From an uncultured Chloroflexia bacterium (GTDB lineage Bacteria; Chloroflexota; Chloroflexia; Thermomicrobiales; UBA6265), in the NCBI GenBank assembly GCA_963724295.1, contig CAVRUC010000007.1:160001-224000 (forward strand): a stretch of DNA of 64,000 nucleotides. The letters run 5' to 3'. Shown here piece by piece: positions 37,641 through 48,156 of the stretch; the first letter of the stretch is position 1; each line of letters starts with the position of its first letter. A model generated the notes under the pieces. The model was not told where the DNA came from, did not search any database, and was given only the letters and a program-made list of their open reading frames with translations. The translations under genes and the position numbers were made by a program.

Positions 37641-37967
37641 ATGCGAAAGATTCGAAGTGGCGACACGGTACTGGTGACCTCTGGCCGGAACAAAGGCCAG
37701 CAGGGCAGGGTGCGTGTCAACATGATTGAACGGGACCGTGTTGTCATCGAAGGCGTCAATATCGTCAAGAAGCATATCAAGCGGGGCCGAGCCCGTCAGG
37801 CCGGCATCGTCGAGGTCGAAGCGGCGCTGCACGTCTCAAACGTGAAGCTCATCTGTCCGAACTGCAAGCAGCCAACTCGGGTCGGCGTTCGCGAAGGCAG
37901 CGACGGCAAGAACGCCCGCTTTTGCAAGAAGTGCGACACCTTGATTCCGCGGCCGGAAGCCGCATAG
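37641..37967 (+). CDS. rplX: 50S ribosomal protein L24
   Basis: KOW motif GDTVLVTSGRNKG, EAALHVSNV. Confidence 0.96.
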   Translation: MRKIRSGDTVLVTSGRNKGQQGRVRVNMIERDRVVIEGVNIVKKHIKRGRARQAGIVEVEAALHVSNVKLICPNCKQPTRVGVREGSDGKNARFCKKCDTLIPRPEAA

Positions 37968-38064
37968 CCCCGAAGAAGCGCGTTAGAGGGAACGGCGACC
38001 TGAGCGCCCAGAGCATGGCGGACCAGGTGGGAACGCCGGTAATCGAGAGAGTAGGTGGGACCTG

Positions 38065-38619
38065 ATGGCGAGATTGAAAGAGAAATACCGGGAAGAGATC
38101 GTTCCGGAGCTGATGAAGGAGTTTGGCTACTCCAACGTCATGGAGGCGCCGAAGCTCCAGAAGATCGTAGTCAACGTCGGACTGGGAGAGGCGATTAGCA
38201 ATGCCAAGGCACTGGAGAGCGCGGTCTCAGACCTGACCGCGATCACCGGCCAGAGACCGGTGGTCACCCGCGCCAAGAAGTCGATTGCGGCGTTCAAGCT
38301 ACGGGCGGGAATGCCGGTCGGAGCGACAGTGACCTTGCGTGGACCGCGGATGTACGAGTTCTTCGACCGCCTCGTCGCCATCACGCTGCCGCGGATCCGC
38401 GACTTCCGGGGGGTTTCTCCGAACTCGTTCGACGGTCGAGGCAATTACACCTTAGGTCTCCAGGAGCAGATTGCGTTTCCGGAGATCGACTACGACAAGA
38501 TCGACAAGAGTCGCGGCCTCGAGCTCAGCCTCGTGACCAGCGCGAAGACTGATGAGGAAGGGCGGCGGCTGCTGAGCCTGCTCGGAATGCCGTTTGCCCG
38601 TACGGAGCGACCAGTCTAG
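38065..38619 (+). CDS. rplE: 50S ribosomal protein L5
   Basis: [23 protein letters not shown]. Confidence 0.98.
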   Translation: MARLKEKYREEIVPELMKEFGYSNVMEAPKLQKIVVNVGLGEAISNAKALESAVSDLTAITGQRPVVTRAKKSIAAFKLRAGMPVGATVTLRGPRMYEFFDRLVAITLPRIRDFRGVSPNSFDGRGNYTLGLQEQIAFPEIDYDKIDKSRGLELSLVTSAKTDEEGRRLLSLLGMPFARTERPV

Positions 38620-38650
38620 ACCACCCCAGGGGTGAGTCGGAGGTATCTGA

Positions 38651-38836
38651 ATGGCCAAGAAGTGTTTGATTGTCAGGGCGGCCGGTCCAGCCAAGTTTGA
38701 GGTCCGGCAAGTCAATCGCTGCCACCTTTGCGGGCGTAGCCGGGCATACATGCGGAAGTTCGGGCTGTGCCGGATCTGTTTCCGGGAGCTGGCGTCAGTT
38801 GGCCGCCTGCCGGGCGTGACGAAGTCGAGTTGGTAG
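38651..38836 (+). CDS. rpsZ: 30S ribosomal protein S14, type Z (Zn-binding)
   Basis: 61 aa; CHLC...CRIC; GVTKSSW. Confidence 0.96.
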   Translation: MAKKCLIVRAAGPAKFEVRQVNRCHLCGRSRAYMRKFGLCRICFRELASVGRLPGVTKSSW

Positions 38837-38891
38837 CCGTGCGGTCCAACCAGGAGTCAGTCGGAAACGAGACCGTAAGGAGAGCGGACGG

Positions 38892-39290
38892 ATGAGTGTC
38901 AACGATCCGATCAGCGACATGCTGACCAGGATTCGCAACGCCGGGATGGCCCGGCAGTCGGAAACGACGATGCCCTCAACAAAGGTCCTCGTCGCGATCG
39001 CGAAAATCCTCAAACAAGAGGGCTACATCGCCGACTTTCGTGTCATTGAGCGGCGCCCACAGGACCAGCTTGTCGTTGCTCTTCGGTACGGCGCAGATCG
39101 CAAGCCGGCGATACGGGAAATCAAACGAGTCAGTAAACCCGGTCTGCGAGTTTATGCCGGGAAAGATGACATCCCCCGTGTCCAGAGCGGACTGGGGATT
39201 GCGGTAGTCAGTACGCCCCAAGGGGTGATGACCGGTTACGAAGCCAGACGGCGAGGAATCGGCGGCGAGGTGCTCTGCACCGTCTTCTAG
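38892..39290 (+). CDS. rpsH: 30S ribosomal protein S8
   Basis: [27 protein letters not shown]. Confidence 0.98.
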   Translation: MSVNDPISDMLTRIRNAGMARQSETTMPSTKVLVAIAKILKQEGYIADFRVIERRPQDQLVVALRYGADRKPAIREIKRVSKPGLRVYAGKDDIPRVQSGLGIAVVSTPQGVMTGYEARRRGIGGEVLCTVF

Positions 39291-39339
39291 GTGTTGAAGC
39301 GGGTAGACCTGATTTTGGGTCCACCGCGGGAGAGTGGCA

Positions 39340-39885
39340 ATGTCACGAATTGGAAACATGCCCGTGCCTATCCCGGCTGCCGTCGAGATCGACATCACCG
39401 ACGACAACACGGTGACGGTCAAAGGACCGAAGGGCGCGCTGTCGCAGCGGCTGAGTCCGCGTATGAAGTTGCAGCGAGACAACGGCACGATCATGGTCGA
39501 GCGACCCGACAATCAGCGGGAGCATCGGGCTCTTCACGGGCTGACTCGCACCCTGCTGAACAACATGGTGGTCGGCGTCACCGACGGATACAGGCGCGAT
39601 CTGGAGATCCAGGGCGTCGGGTACCGAGCGGCGCTAGAGGGTGGCGATCTGGTGCTGTCGGTGGGGTTCTCGCACCCCGTGCGGATGACCCCTCCTGAAG
39701 GCGTGTCGTACACGCTCGACGGGAACACGCGACTGTCGGTCGTCGGCATTGACAAGCAATTGGTTGGTGAGGAGGCGGCACGCATACGGCGTGTGCGGCC
39801 GCCGGAACCATACAAAGGCAAAGGGATCCGCTACGCCGGCGAGCAAGTACGCCGCAAGGCTGGTAAGGCCGGTAAGGCGAAGTAA
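39340..39885 (+). CDS. rplF: 50S ribosomal protein L6
   Basis: MSRIG, GVGYRA, PEPYKGKGIRY. Confidence 0.98.
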   Translation: MSRIGNMPVPIPAAVEIDITDDNTVTVKGPKGALSQRLSPRMKLQRDNGTIMVERPDNQREHRALHGLTRTLLNNMVVGVTDGYRRDLEIQGVGYRAALEGGDLVLSVGFSHPVRMTPPEGVSYTLDGNTRLSVVGIDKQLVGEEAARIRRVRPPEPYKGKGIRYAGEQVRRKAGKAGKAK

Positions 39886-39932
39886 TGGCACGGAGCAGCG
39901 CCGCTGCTTCCTGTCAATGAGGAGCGACCTCG

Positions 39933-40307
39933 ATGCGACGAAAGTTCCGAAGAGCGCGGACCTCGCGCCAACGACGCCACGTCCGCGTCCGCGCGAAGGT
40001 CAAGGGCACGAACGCCAGACCCCGACTGAACGTGTTTCGGTCGTCCGCGCACATTTACGCCCAGGTCATCGACGACGATCGAGGGCGGACGCTGGTGGCG
40101 GCGAGCGACCTGGAGCAGGATGTGCTCGATCGCGCCGGCGCGGAGGCGACCAAGAGCGTGAAGGCACGTGCGGTCGGCGAGGTGATCGGCGAGCGAGCGA
40201 AAGCGGCTGGCATCAACACCATCGTCTTTGACCGCGGTGGCTATATCTACCATGGGCGTGTCAAAGCGGTTGCCGAGGGCGCGCGAGAGGCCGGACTCGC
40301 CTTCTAG
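39933..40307 (+). CDS. rplR: 50S ribosomal protein L18
   Basis: [26 protein letters not shown]. Confidence 0.98.
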   Translation: MRRKFRRARTSRQRRHVRVRAKVKGTNARPRLNVFRSSAHIYAQVIDDDRGRTLVAASDLEQDVLDRAGAEATKSVKARAVGEVIGERAKAAGINTIVFDRGGYIYHGRVKAVAEGAREAGLAF

Positions 40308-40360
40308 AGAGACCACGGCGCACCAGTTCGGGCGCGAGTTCGGTGGCAAGGGAGTAACGG

Positions 40361-40999
40361 ATGGACAGGAATCGAGGCGAGCGCGGCTCGAGACGGCGCT
40401 CCGAAGACGAAGGCGCAAGTGAATTCGACGAGCGCGTCGTACAGATCAATCGTGTGGCGAAAGTACACAGAGGCGGACGCCGCTTCAGCTTTGGCTCGAT
40501 CGTCGTGGTCGGGGATGGCAAAGGGCGAGTAGGCGCCGGACTCGGCAAGGCCAACGAAGTGCCTGATTCGATTCGCAAAGGGGTCGAGGCCGCCAAGAAG
40601 TCGCTGATTCGCGTTCCGCTCGAAGGCACGACGATTCCGCACCCGATCGAGACATCGTTCGGCGCGTCCCGAGTGTTGCTGAAACCGGCAGCGCCGGGCA
40701 CGGGAGTGATCGCCGGAGGCGGGGTACGCGCCGTTGTCGAGGCGGCTGGCATCAAGGACGTGCTCACCAAGTCTCTTGGTAGCAACAACCCGGTCAATGT
40801 GGTGCGTGCGACCCTGAAGGCACTCGAGGCGCTGGAATCGCCGAATGCAATAGCGCAGCGTCGTGGCCGGTCACCCGTGGTCCGCCGAGACCGCGGCGAG
40901 CGCGCCGAGGTCGGGTCGAACCCGGCGACTGAGCCAGTCGAGACGCGTCCAGCCTCGACTGGTCGCCGTCGAGCGCCCCGAGGGAGTGAAGGCTCGTGA
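40361..40999 (+). CDS. rpsE: 30S ribosomal protein S5
   Basis: [23 protein letters not shown]. Confidence 0.98.
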   Translation: MDRNRGERGSRRRSEDEGASEFDERVVQINRVAKVHRGGRRFSFGSIVVVGDGKGRVGAGLGKANEVPDSIRKGVEAAKKSLIRVPLEGTTIPHPIETSFGASRVLLKPAAPGTGVIAGGGVRAVVEAAGIKDVLTKSLGSNNPVNVVRATLKALEALESPNAIAQRRGRSPVVRRDRGERAEVGSNPATEPVETRPASTGRRRAPRGSEGS

Positions 41000-41283
41000 G
41001 CAACCAAAAGAACGGAGTCCTGCGGATTACGCTGGTGCGGAGCACGATCGGCCGGCCGGCTGATCAGGGGCGGACGGTCGCGTCCCTGGGACTGCGCAAG
41101 CTGAATGCGACGGTCGAGCGGCCGAACAATCGGTCGATTCGTGGCATGGTGACCAAGATCCGTCATCTCGTCCAAGTCGAAGAGTTGCCGGCAGAGAGCG
41201 ATCGAGCTGACAACGGCATGTCACCGCAAACGGTGAAGAAGACGCGGTCCGGCGCAAAACGCCGACTCGCCGATGGGGAATAG
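40996..41283 (+). CDS. rpmD: 50S ribosomal protein L30
   Basis: [10 protein letters not shown]...LGLRKLN...IRGM..KIRHLV. Confidence 0.95.
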   Translation: MSNQKNGVLRITLVRSTIGRPADQGRTVASLGLRKLNATVERPNNRSIRGMVTKIRHLVQVEELPAESDRADNGMSPQTVKKTRSGAKRRLADGE

Positions 41284-41287
41284 CACG

Positions 41288-41881
41288 ATGCCTCTCACAC
41301 TTGACGATTTGCACGGCGGCGAAGGCGCGCACCGCGAAGGCAAACGTGTTGGCCGCGGTCACGGCAGCGGCAAAGGTAAGACCGCCGGCCGGGGAACGAA
41401 GGGTCAAAAGTCGCGAAGCGGTCCCGGAGTCCGGCGTGGGTTCGAGGGCGGACAGCTCCCGATTCAGCAGCGGATGCCGTACAAGCGCGGCTTCACGAAT
41501 ATCTACAAGACGCCGTGGGAAGTGGTCAATCTGGGTCGCCTCGAGGCGGTCGAGGTCGACGGCCCGATTACACCCGAGGTGCTCTTCGCCAAAGGAGTCA
41601 CTCGAGGTCTCGAGTTCCCGGTAAAGATCCTGGCCGGTGGCGAGCTGACGCGGTCAGTTGTCATTCACGCCCACGCGTTCTCAGACGCGGCTCGGGCAGC
41701 CGTCGAGCAGCTCGGCGGGTCGGTCGCTGAGCTCGATCGCTCTGACGAATGGGTACAGGCGAAACCGCGATCTCGCCGCCTCCCGCTCAACCGTGAGCTG
41801 AAGCGAGCCCGCGTGGGCAAAGTCGGGGGACCGAAGCGTCGCGATGCTATTGCCGCGCTTGCCGAGTCCCGGGAGAGCTAG
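41288..41881 (+). CDS. rplO: 50S ribosomal protein L15
   Basis: RVGRGHGSGKGKTAGRG.KGQKSR, GFEGGQ.P. Confidence 0.97.
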   Translation: MPLTLDDLHGGEGAHREGKRVGRGHGSGKGKTAGRGTKGQKSRSGPGVRRGFEGGQLPIQQRMPYKRGFTNIYKTPWEVVNLGRLEAVEVDGPITPEVLFAKGVTRGLEFPVKILAGGELTRSVVIHAHAFSDAARAAVEQLGGSVAELDRSDEWVQAKPRSRRLPLNRELKRARVGKVGGPKRRDAIAALAESRES

Positions 41882-41884
41882 CCC

Positions 41885-43201
41885 GTGCTAACGGCTGTTG
41901 CCACTGCCTTCAAGATTCCTGATCTACGGGCGAAGATCCTGTTCACCCTGGGTATGCTCGTTATCTTTCGCTTCTTCGCGGCCATACCGGTTCCTGGTGT
42001 GAACCGGGAGGGACTTCAAGACTTCATCCAGAGCAATGCGTTGTTGGGGATTCTCAACATCTTCTCCGGCAACAGCCTGCAAAACTTCTCGATCGTTGCG
42101 CTTGGCGTCTATCCATACATCACCGCCTCGATCATCATGCAGTTGATGACCCCGATCATTCCCAGCCTGAACGAACTGTCGAATGAAGGCCAGGGTGGGC
42201 GCAACAAGATCAATCAATACACCCACTGGCTAACCGTTCCCCTGGCGTTGCTCCAGGCGTATGGCCAGGGGGTGTTGTTCTCCCAGCAGACTGGGCCGGA
42301 TGGACTTCCGCTAATCACGGGGTTTGGCTTCGGGGATCCAAGTACCGTTTTGCCGACTCTCGCTACGCTGCTGACGATGACGGCAGGTACGATGCTTCTG
42401 GTCTGGATGGGTGAACTCATCACGGAGTTCGGCATCGGGAATGGCATCTCGATCATCATCTTCGGGGGAATCGTGGCCTCGTTGCCTGGCTCCATCATGT
42501 CCCTCTTTGCGGGCCCCTCGGTGACCAGTAACGTCATCGGCACGGCGATGTTCCTTGCGATAGGACTTCTGACAATCGTGGGCATCGTGCTCATCAACGA
42601 AGGGCAGCGCCGGATTCCCGTTCACCACGCGAAACGCGTGCGATCTGGCCGTATGTACGGCGGCAACACGACGTTCATTCCGCTCAAAGTCAACTCCGCG
42701 GGAATGATCCCGCTGATCTTTGCCGTTAGCATCCTGGTCTTCCCTGGGTTGATCGCGCAATTTCTCTCGACGTCGAGCAATGAAACACTCAGAAATTTCG
42801 CCGCCACGCTTGCCCAGTTCATGAGTCCGAACACACTGCAGTACAACATCATCTACTTCATTCTGGTGGTGGCGTTTACATACTTCTACACCATGGTGAT
42901 TTTTCAGCAGCAGAAGATTTCTGAGAACCTCCAGCGCCAAGGCGCATTCATCCCGGGAGTTCGACCGGGTCGGAACACGCAACAGTACCTGCTGCGGACG
43001 CTCAATCGGATCACGCTGATCGGCGCCTTGTTCCTGGGCACTGTAGCGATCCTTCCGTTCATCGCGGCGACGTTGACCGGGGTCAACTCGCTGCTGCTTG
43101 GCGCCACCTCATTGCTCATCGTGGTTGGTGTGGCAATTGACACCATGCGCCAGCTCGAAGCGCAGTTGGTCATGCGCAACTACGAGGGTTTCATCAAATA
43201 G
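41885..43201 (+). CDS. secY: Preprotein translocase SecY
   Basis: LGVYPYITASIIMQL, GIGNGIS, FIPGVRPG. Confidence 0.98.
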   Translation: MLTAVATAFKIPDLRAKILFTLGMLVIFRFFAAIPVPGVNREGLQDFIQSNALLGILNIFSGNSLQNFSIVALGVYPYITASIIMQLMTPIIPSLNELSNEGQGGRNKINQYTHWLTVPLALLQAYGQGVLFSQQTGPDGLPLITGFGFGDPSTVLPTLATLLTMTAGTMLLVWMGELITEFGIGNGISIIIFGGIVASLPGSIMSLFAGPSVTSNVIGTAMFLAIGLLTIVGIVLINEGQRRIPVHHAKRVRSGRMYGGNTTFIPLKVNSAGMIPLIFAVSILVFPGLIAQFLSTSSNETLRNFAATLAQFMSPNTLQYNIIYFILVVAFTYFYTMVIFQQQKISENLQRQGAFIPGVRPGRNTQQYLLRTLNRITLIGALFLGTVAILPFIAATLTGVNSLLLGATSLLIVVGVAIDTMRQLEAQLVMRNYEGFIK

Positions 43202-43268
43202 CCACGGTGCGCCGAACATGGCGGACCGGACCACCGTCCGCGCATCCAAGGAGAGTTTCAGTCCATTG

Positions 43269-43964
43269 ATGCATATCATCTTGATGGGACCTCAGGGCTC
43301 TGGGAAAGGAACACAGAGCGAGCGCGTCCGAACCCGGCTCAATCTCGGTTCGATCGCCACCGGCGAACTCTTTCGAGCAGCGATCAAAGGGGGCACCGAA
43401 CTCGGGCGGAGGATTCAAGCCGTCTATGATCGCGGCGAACTGGTTCCAGACGAGCTGACGGTCGCACTCGTCGAGGAGCGGCTTGACCTACTTTCTCGGG
43501 AGCGTTCTCAAGGGGCCGCGATCGAAGGCGCACTCTATGACGGGTTTCCGCGCACGATTGCCCAGGCAGACGCATTGAGCCGGACCCTGGCAGCCCGCGG
43601 CGAAGAGGTGACAGCAGTCATCGCGATCGACGTGCCGCGACAGAAATTGGTCGAGCGACTGGCAAGTCGACGAGTCTGCTCCGATTGCGGTCGTGTCTAC
43701 AACGTGCTTTCCGACCCGCCAGCCGTTGATGGCGTTTGTGACGTCTGCGGCGGAAACGTTACCCAGCGAGCGGACGATACGCCGGAAGCGGTCGCCAAGC
43801 GACTCGACCTCTATGACATCGAGACTGCTCCGCTGCTCAACCGCTATGAGGAGCAGGGATTTGTGGAGCGAGTCGACGGCGACCGTGCCATCGACGACGT
43901 GACTGAATCGATCGTCGCGGCGATCCGGCGCAGGATGTCGCTTGCGGCAGTTCGCGCCCGCTAG
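43269..43964 (+). CDS. adk: Adenylate kinase with Zn-binding LID domain
   Basis: GPQGSGKGTQ, DGFPRT, CSDC..CDVC; the start could be 43218. Confidence 0.95.
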   Translation: MHIILMGPQGSGKGTQSERVRTRLNLGSIATGELFRAAIKGGTELGRRIQAVYDRGELVPDELTVALVEERLDLLSRERSQGAAIEGALYDGFPRTIAQADALSRTLAARGEEVTAVIAIDVPRQKLVERLASRRVCSDCGRVYNVLSDPPAVDGVCDVCGGNVTQRADDTPEAVAKRLDLYDIETAPLLNRYEEQGFVERVDGDRAIDDVTESIVAAIRRRMSLAAVRAR

Positions 43965-43976
43965 GAAGGCCGCACC

Positions 43977-44744
43977 ATGACGATGACGATCAAGAACGAA
44001 GAAGAGATCCGTCGCATGGACGAGGCCGGGCAGGTCGTGGCCCTCGTGCACGCCAGAATCGAGAGAGCGATCGCTCCCGGGGTGACGACGGCTGACCTGG
44101 ACGGCATTGCGCGGGAAACGCTCGATGAGTCAGGCGCCGTGTCCTCTTTCCTTGGGTATCACGGCTTTCCAGCCCACATTTGCGCCTCCGTAAACGACGA
44201 GATCGTGCACGGAATTCCTGGGAATCGCCGGCTTCGCGAGGGTGACATCGTCTCTATTGACGTGGGGGCGATTCTGGCCGGGTATCACGGTGACTCCGCC
44301 TGGACTTACGGAGTTGGCCAGATTGCGGATGAGGCGGCGGCACTGCTTCGCGACACCGAGGAAGCGCTCTACCTTGCGGTCGAAGCGGCCACGTCGGGCA
44401 ACCGGCTCGGGGCCATTGGATATGCGGTTGAGTCTTTCGCACACAAGCTAGGCCGCGGGGTGGTGCGCAATTATGGAGGTCATGGCATCGGCCGACAGAT
44501 GCACGAAGAACCTCATGTCCCCAATATCGGCCGTCCGGATCGCGGAGTTGTCCTGAGATCTGGTCTGACATTGGCAATCGAGCCGATGCTCACACTCGGC
44601 AGTGAGGATTCGACGACGCTTGCGGATGGCTGGACCGTCGTGACGGCGGATGGATCTCTCGCTGCCCATTTCGAGCACACCGTTGCCGTCGCTCCGGATG
44701 GGGGCCGCGTGTTGACGCGCCGGCTCGCTCCCGTGTTAGAATAA
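43977..44744 (+). CDS. map: Methionine aminopeptidase type I
   Basis: SVNDEIVHGIP, GHGIGRQMHEEP, EPM, AHFEHT. Confidence 0.97.
   Translation: MTMTIKNEEEIRRMDEAGQVVALVHARIERAIAPGVTTADLDGIARETLDESGAVSSFLGYHGFPAHICASVNDEIVHGIPGNRRLREGDIVSIDVGAILAGYHGDSAWTYGVGQIADEAAALLRDTEEALYLAVEAATSGNRLGAIGYAVESFAHKLGRGVVRNYGGHGIGRQMHEEPHVPNIGRPDRGVVLRSGLTLAIEPMLTLGSEDSTTLADGWTVVTADGSLAAHFEHTVAVAPDGGRVLTRRLAPVLE
44712..44742 (+). promoter_or_regulatory. Internal promoter for the rpmJ/alpha cluster inside the map 3' end
   Basis: TTGACG-19 bp-TAGAAT with TG extension. Confidence 0.45.
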
Positions 44745-44858
44745 CGTGTTCGGCGCACGCCCTGGGCGTGCGCTATCCGCGTGTGCGGCCTTGATAAAGC
44801 ATTTGCGAGGGTCGCGGGCGCACGACGTTCCACCATCAAGACAGGAATGGTATCGGTT

Positions 44859-44972
44859 ATGAAAGTAGCTGCTTCGGTGACTCGCCGTTGTGAAAAGTGC
44901 AAGATCATCCGGCGCCATGGTGTGGTCCGGGTGATTTGTGTGAACCCACGGCATAAGCAGCGGCAGGGTTAA
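44859..44972 (+). CDS. rpmJ: 50S ribosomal protein L36 (Zn-binding)
   Basis: MKVAASV..RCEKC...[12 protein letters not shown], 37 aa. Confidence 0.97.
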   Translation: MKVAASVTRRCEKCKIIRRHGVVRVICVNPRHKQRQG

Positions 44973-45008
44973 TCGCCCGCGATCGCGCGGGCCCAGAGGG
45001 GATACGAC

Positions 45009-45380
45009 GTGGCGAGAATTGCAGGAGTCGATCTACCTCGCGACAAGCGAGTCGAGGCGGCGCTGCCATATATCTTTGGTATTGGGCTTCACACGAGTCA
45101 GAAGCTCCTCGAGCGCACGAATGTGAGCCCCGATACGCGCGTGCGGGACTTGACAGACGACGAGGTCAACCGCATTCGCGAGATTGTCGACAAGGAGATG
45201 CGGGTCGAGGGAGATCTGCGTCGTGAAGTGGCAATGAACATTAAGCGCCTGATGGATATCGGGTGCTATCGCGGTCTTCGGCATCGCCGCGGAATGCCGA
45301 CCAGGGGCCAGCGCACGCGGACCAATGCGCGCACGAGGCGTGGACCGCGGCGAGCGGTGGGCGGCCGCAAGAAGAGCTAG
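45009..45380 (+). CDS. rpsM: 30S ribosomal protein S13
   Basis: [27 protein letters not shown]. Confidence 0.98.
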   Translation: MARIAGVDLPRDKRVEAALPYIFGIGLHTSQKLLERTNVSPDTRVRDLTDDEVNRIREIVDKEMRVEGDLRREVAMNIKRLMDIGCYRGLRHRRGMPTRGQRTRTNARTRRGPRRAVGGRKKS

Positions 45381-45458
45381 ATCTCCGAACCTGCCGGGGC
45401 GCGTGCTGACTGGTGTTGCTGCGCTGGCGAGTGTTGAGGGCGGAGGAGCACGGACGGA

Positions 45459-45866
45459 ATGGCAGACAAACGACGCGGTGGAAAAGGGAAGACACGAGTT
45501 CGTCGCCGCGACCGGAAAAATATTCCTCGCGGCAGGGCTTATCTGCAGGCGACGTTCAACAACACCATCATTACGATGACCGACCCTGCCGGGAATGTCA
45601 TCTCCTGGTCGAGCGCGGGCTCGAACGGTTTCAAAGGGAGCCGAAAGAGCACGCCGTACGCCGCCCAGGTGACGGCTGAATCCGCGGCTCGCAAAGCGAT
45701 GGAGCACGGGCTACGCCAGGTTGATGTTTTTGTGAAGGGGCCTGGCTCCGGTCGCGAGATGGCTATTCGCTCACTGCAATCAAGTGGCGTCCAGGTGGTC
45801 TCGATCACCGACACGACGCCGATTCCATTCAATGGTTGCCGGCCGCCGAAGCGGCGGCGGGTCTAA
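45459..45866 (+). CDS. rpsK: 30S ribosomal protein S11
   Basis: [25 protein letters not shown]. Confidence 0.98.
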   Translation: MADKRRGGKGKTRVRRRDRKNIPRGRAYLQATFNNTIITMTDPAGNVISWSSAGSNGFKGSRKSTPYAAQVTAESAARKAMEHGLRQVDVFVKGPGSGREMAIRSLQSSGVQVVSITDTTPIPFNGCRPPKRRRV

Positions 45867-45953
45867 TGAGCAGGGCCGTGATCTCGCCGGGCCAGGCCCG
45901 CGATGCGCGAGCGGCCCGACATCAGGCGCGGATGACGGAGGACTGATTTAAAC

Positions 45954-46598
45954 ATGGCGAGATATACGGGTCCCGTCTGCCGGTTGTGCCGGCGCGAAGG
46001 GATGAAGCTCTATTTGAAGGGTGCGCGCTGCGATGGGCCAAAATGTCCGATCGTTAAGCGGCAGCCCGCGAAGAACTTTCCGCCGGGTCAGCACGGGCAG
46101 CGCCGCACGCGGCGACCGTCGGAGTTCGGGCTCCAGCTCCGCGAGAAGCAAAAAGTCCGGCGGTTCTACGGCGTCATGGAGAGCCAGTTCCACAAGCACT
46201 TCGTGGAGGCTGAGCGTCGTGGTGGAGTGACCGGCGACAATCTCCTGCAGATACTGGAATCTCGACTCGACAACGTGGTCTACCGGATGGGATTCGCGGA
46301 TTCGCGGAAGCAAGCTCGCCAGCTCGTCCGGCACGGGCATTTCATGGTCAACGATCGCAAGACCAATATTCCTTCATTCCTCGTCAAACCCGGCGACGTC
46401 GTGACGGTGCGTCCAGGAAGTCGCGGTCGCACGTATTTCACGGACTACGGTGAAGTGCTGGATACACGACGAGCACCGGACTGGATGACCATCGACGCTC
46501 GCGCACTCAGCGGCAAGATTCTCAACCTGCCCGCCCGCGACCAGATCGAAGTTCCGTCGTTCAACGAAGCACTCGTCGTGGAGCATTACAGCCGCTAA
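45954..46598 (+). CDS. rpsD: 30S ribosomal protein S4 (Zn-binding type)
   Basis: [34 protein letters not shown]. Confidence 0.98.
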   Translation: MARYTGPVCRLCRREGMKLYLKGARCDGPKCPIVKRQPAKNFPPGQHGQRRTRRPSEFGLQLREKQKVRRFYGVMESQFHKHFVEAERRGGVTGDNLLQILESRLDNVVYRMGFADSRKQARQLVRHGHFMVNDRKTNIPSFLVKPGDVVTVRPGSRGRTYFTDYGEVLDTRRAPDWMTIDARALSGKILNLPARDQIEVPSFNEALVVEHYSR

Positions 46599-46662
46599 AC
46601 GCCTGGCTCAGGCGGGACTGCGTCGCTGACGCGCCACATGCACTAAATGGAGGCACTGCATC

Positions 46663-47778
46663 TTGTTGGAGCGACCGCAATTTCACATCGAAACTGTTGA
46701 GACCGGGCTCAATTACGGTCGATACAAGGCTGACCCGATGGAACCCGGCTACGGGACGACATTGGGCAACGCGTTGCGACGCATTTTGTTGCGATCTCTC
46801 GAAGGCGTGGCGGTCTCGCGAGTACGTCTCGACAACGTCTGGCACGAATTTTCAACGATCCCGGACGTGCGGGAAGATGTGACGGAGATCGTTCTCAATC
46901 TCAAGCGCATTCGGCTCAAGCGGCTGATGGAGCTGAACGGCGAGACCCGCGCTCACCTTTACGTCCAAGGCGACGCCTCCGGCGAGCGGGTGGTCACTGC
47001 TGGTGATGTCGTCTGGCCTGCTGAAGTAGACGTCATCAATCCTGAACAGGTCATTGCCACGATCGACTCCCCCAACGGGGTCATCGACATGGATATCTGG
47101 ATAACGCAAGATCGGGGATATAAGCCCGCGGAGTTGCAGGAGTCGTACGCGATCGGCGAGATCCCGATCGATGCGATCTATACGCCGATCGAACGCGTGA
47201 ACTTCGTCGTCGAGCACACCCGTGTCGGCCCGATGACCGACTATGACCGCCTCATCATTGAAGTGCTCACGGACGGCACGATCGAGCCGGACGACGCGCT
47301 GGCGGAAGCGGCGCGCATCCTGATGACTCAGGCCCAGGTATTTGCCGGCTTTACCCAAGGCGAGAGCGATCAGGCGAGCGGCGCGGGACAGGCGATCCCG
47401 GATGAGGTCCTCAACAAGCCTCTTCTCGATCTCGGTCTTTCGCCGCGCGTGCTCAATGCGCTGCGCAGCCGCCAGATCGAGCGAGTTGGCCAGGTCTTGA
47501 CCGCGGACCCCGAGCAACTTCTTTCCATCCGCAACTTCGGTCCGCGATCCCTGACCGAGTTGCGACAAAAACTTGCCGAGTTCGGATATCTGCCGGAGGG
47601 CGAAGTGGCCCTGGCCGGCGCTGAGTTCCTGGACGGACTTGACCTGACTGACGAGAGCCTCGATGAGTTGGACGGCGATGTTCTCGCCGTGAGCGATGAC
47701 GAGATGGCCGAGGCAGTTGCATCCCTTCGGGGAAGCGGCGTTGGCAGCGAAAACGCCGGCGGGGAGGATCGGGGATGA
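46663..47778 (+). CDS. rpoA: RNA polymerase alpha subunit
   Basis: GYGTTLGNALRRILL, IPIDAIYTPI, alpha-CTD IRNFGPRSL. Confidence 0.97.
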   Translation: MLERPQFHIETVETGLNYGRYKADPMEPGYGTTLGNALRRILLRSLEGVAVSRVRLDNVWHEFSTIPDVREDVTEIVLNLKRIRLKRLMELNGETRAHLYVQGDASGERVVTAGDVVWPAEVDVINPEQVIATIDSPNGVIDMDIWITQDRGYKPAELQESYAIGEIPIDAIYTPIERVNFVVEHTRVGPMTDYDRLIIEVLTDGTIEPDDALAEAARILMTQAQVFAGFTQGESDQASGAGQAIPDEVLNKPLLDLGLSPRVLNALRSRQIERVGQVLTADPEQLLSIRNFGPRSLTELRQKLAEFGYLPEGEVALAGAEFLDGLDLTDESLDELDGDVLAVSDDEMAEAVASLRGSGVGSENAGGEDRG

Positions 47779-48131
47779 GGCATCGCAAAGCGGGCAGGAA
47801 GTTCGGCCGCAACTCCGCGCAGCGGCAAGCCCTGCTGCGCCAGCTCGCGATCTCCATGATTCTCCACGAGCGGCTGACGACGACCGAGGCTAAGGCGAAG
47901 TCGTTGCGGCCAGTTGTCGAGAAGTTGGTCACCATCGCGCGATCCGATTCGGAGCACCACCGGAATCTGGTCATGTCGAAGATTGACCACTCGCCCGCAA
48001 CGGCGAAGCTCTTCGAGGTCATCGCGCCTCGATTCGAAGCAGCGCCCGGGGGCTACACCCGGATCTCGAAGCTCGGTGTGAGGCACGGTGACGCCGCGCC
48101 GATGGCGCTGATCGAGTTTATCGAGGTCTGA
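47775..48131 (+). CDS. rplQ: 50S ribosomal protein L17
   Basis: MRHRK, TTEAKAK, GGYTRI, GDAAPMA. Confidence 0.98.
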   Translation: MRHRKAGRKFGRNSAQRQALLRQLAISMILHERLTTTEAKAKSLRPVVEKLVTIARSDSEHHRNLVMSKIDHSPATAKLFEVIAPRFEAAPGGYTRISKLGVRHGDAAPMALIEFIEV

Positions 48132-48156
48132 GTGGCATACGTCGCGTTCGCACACC

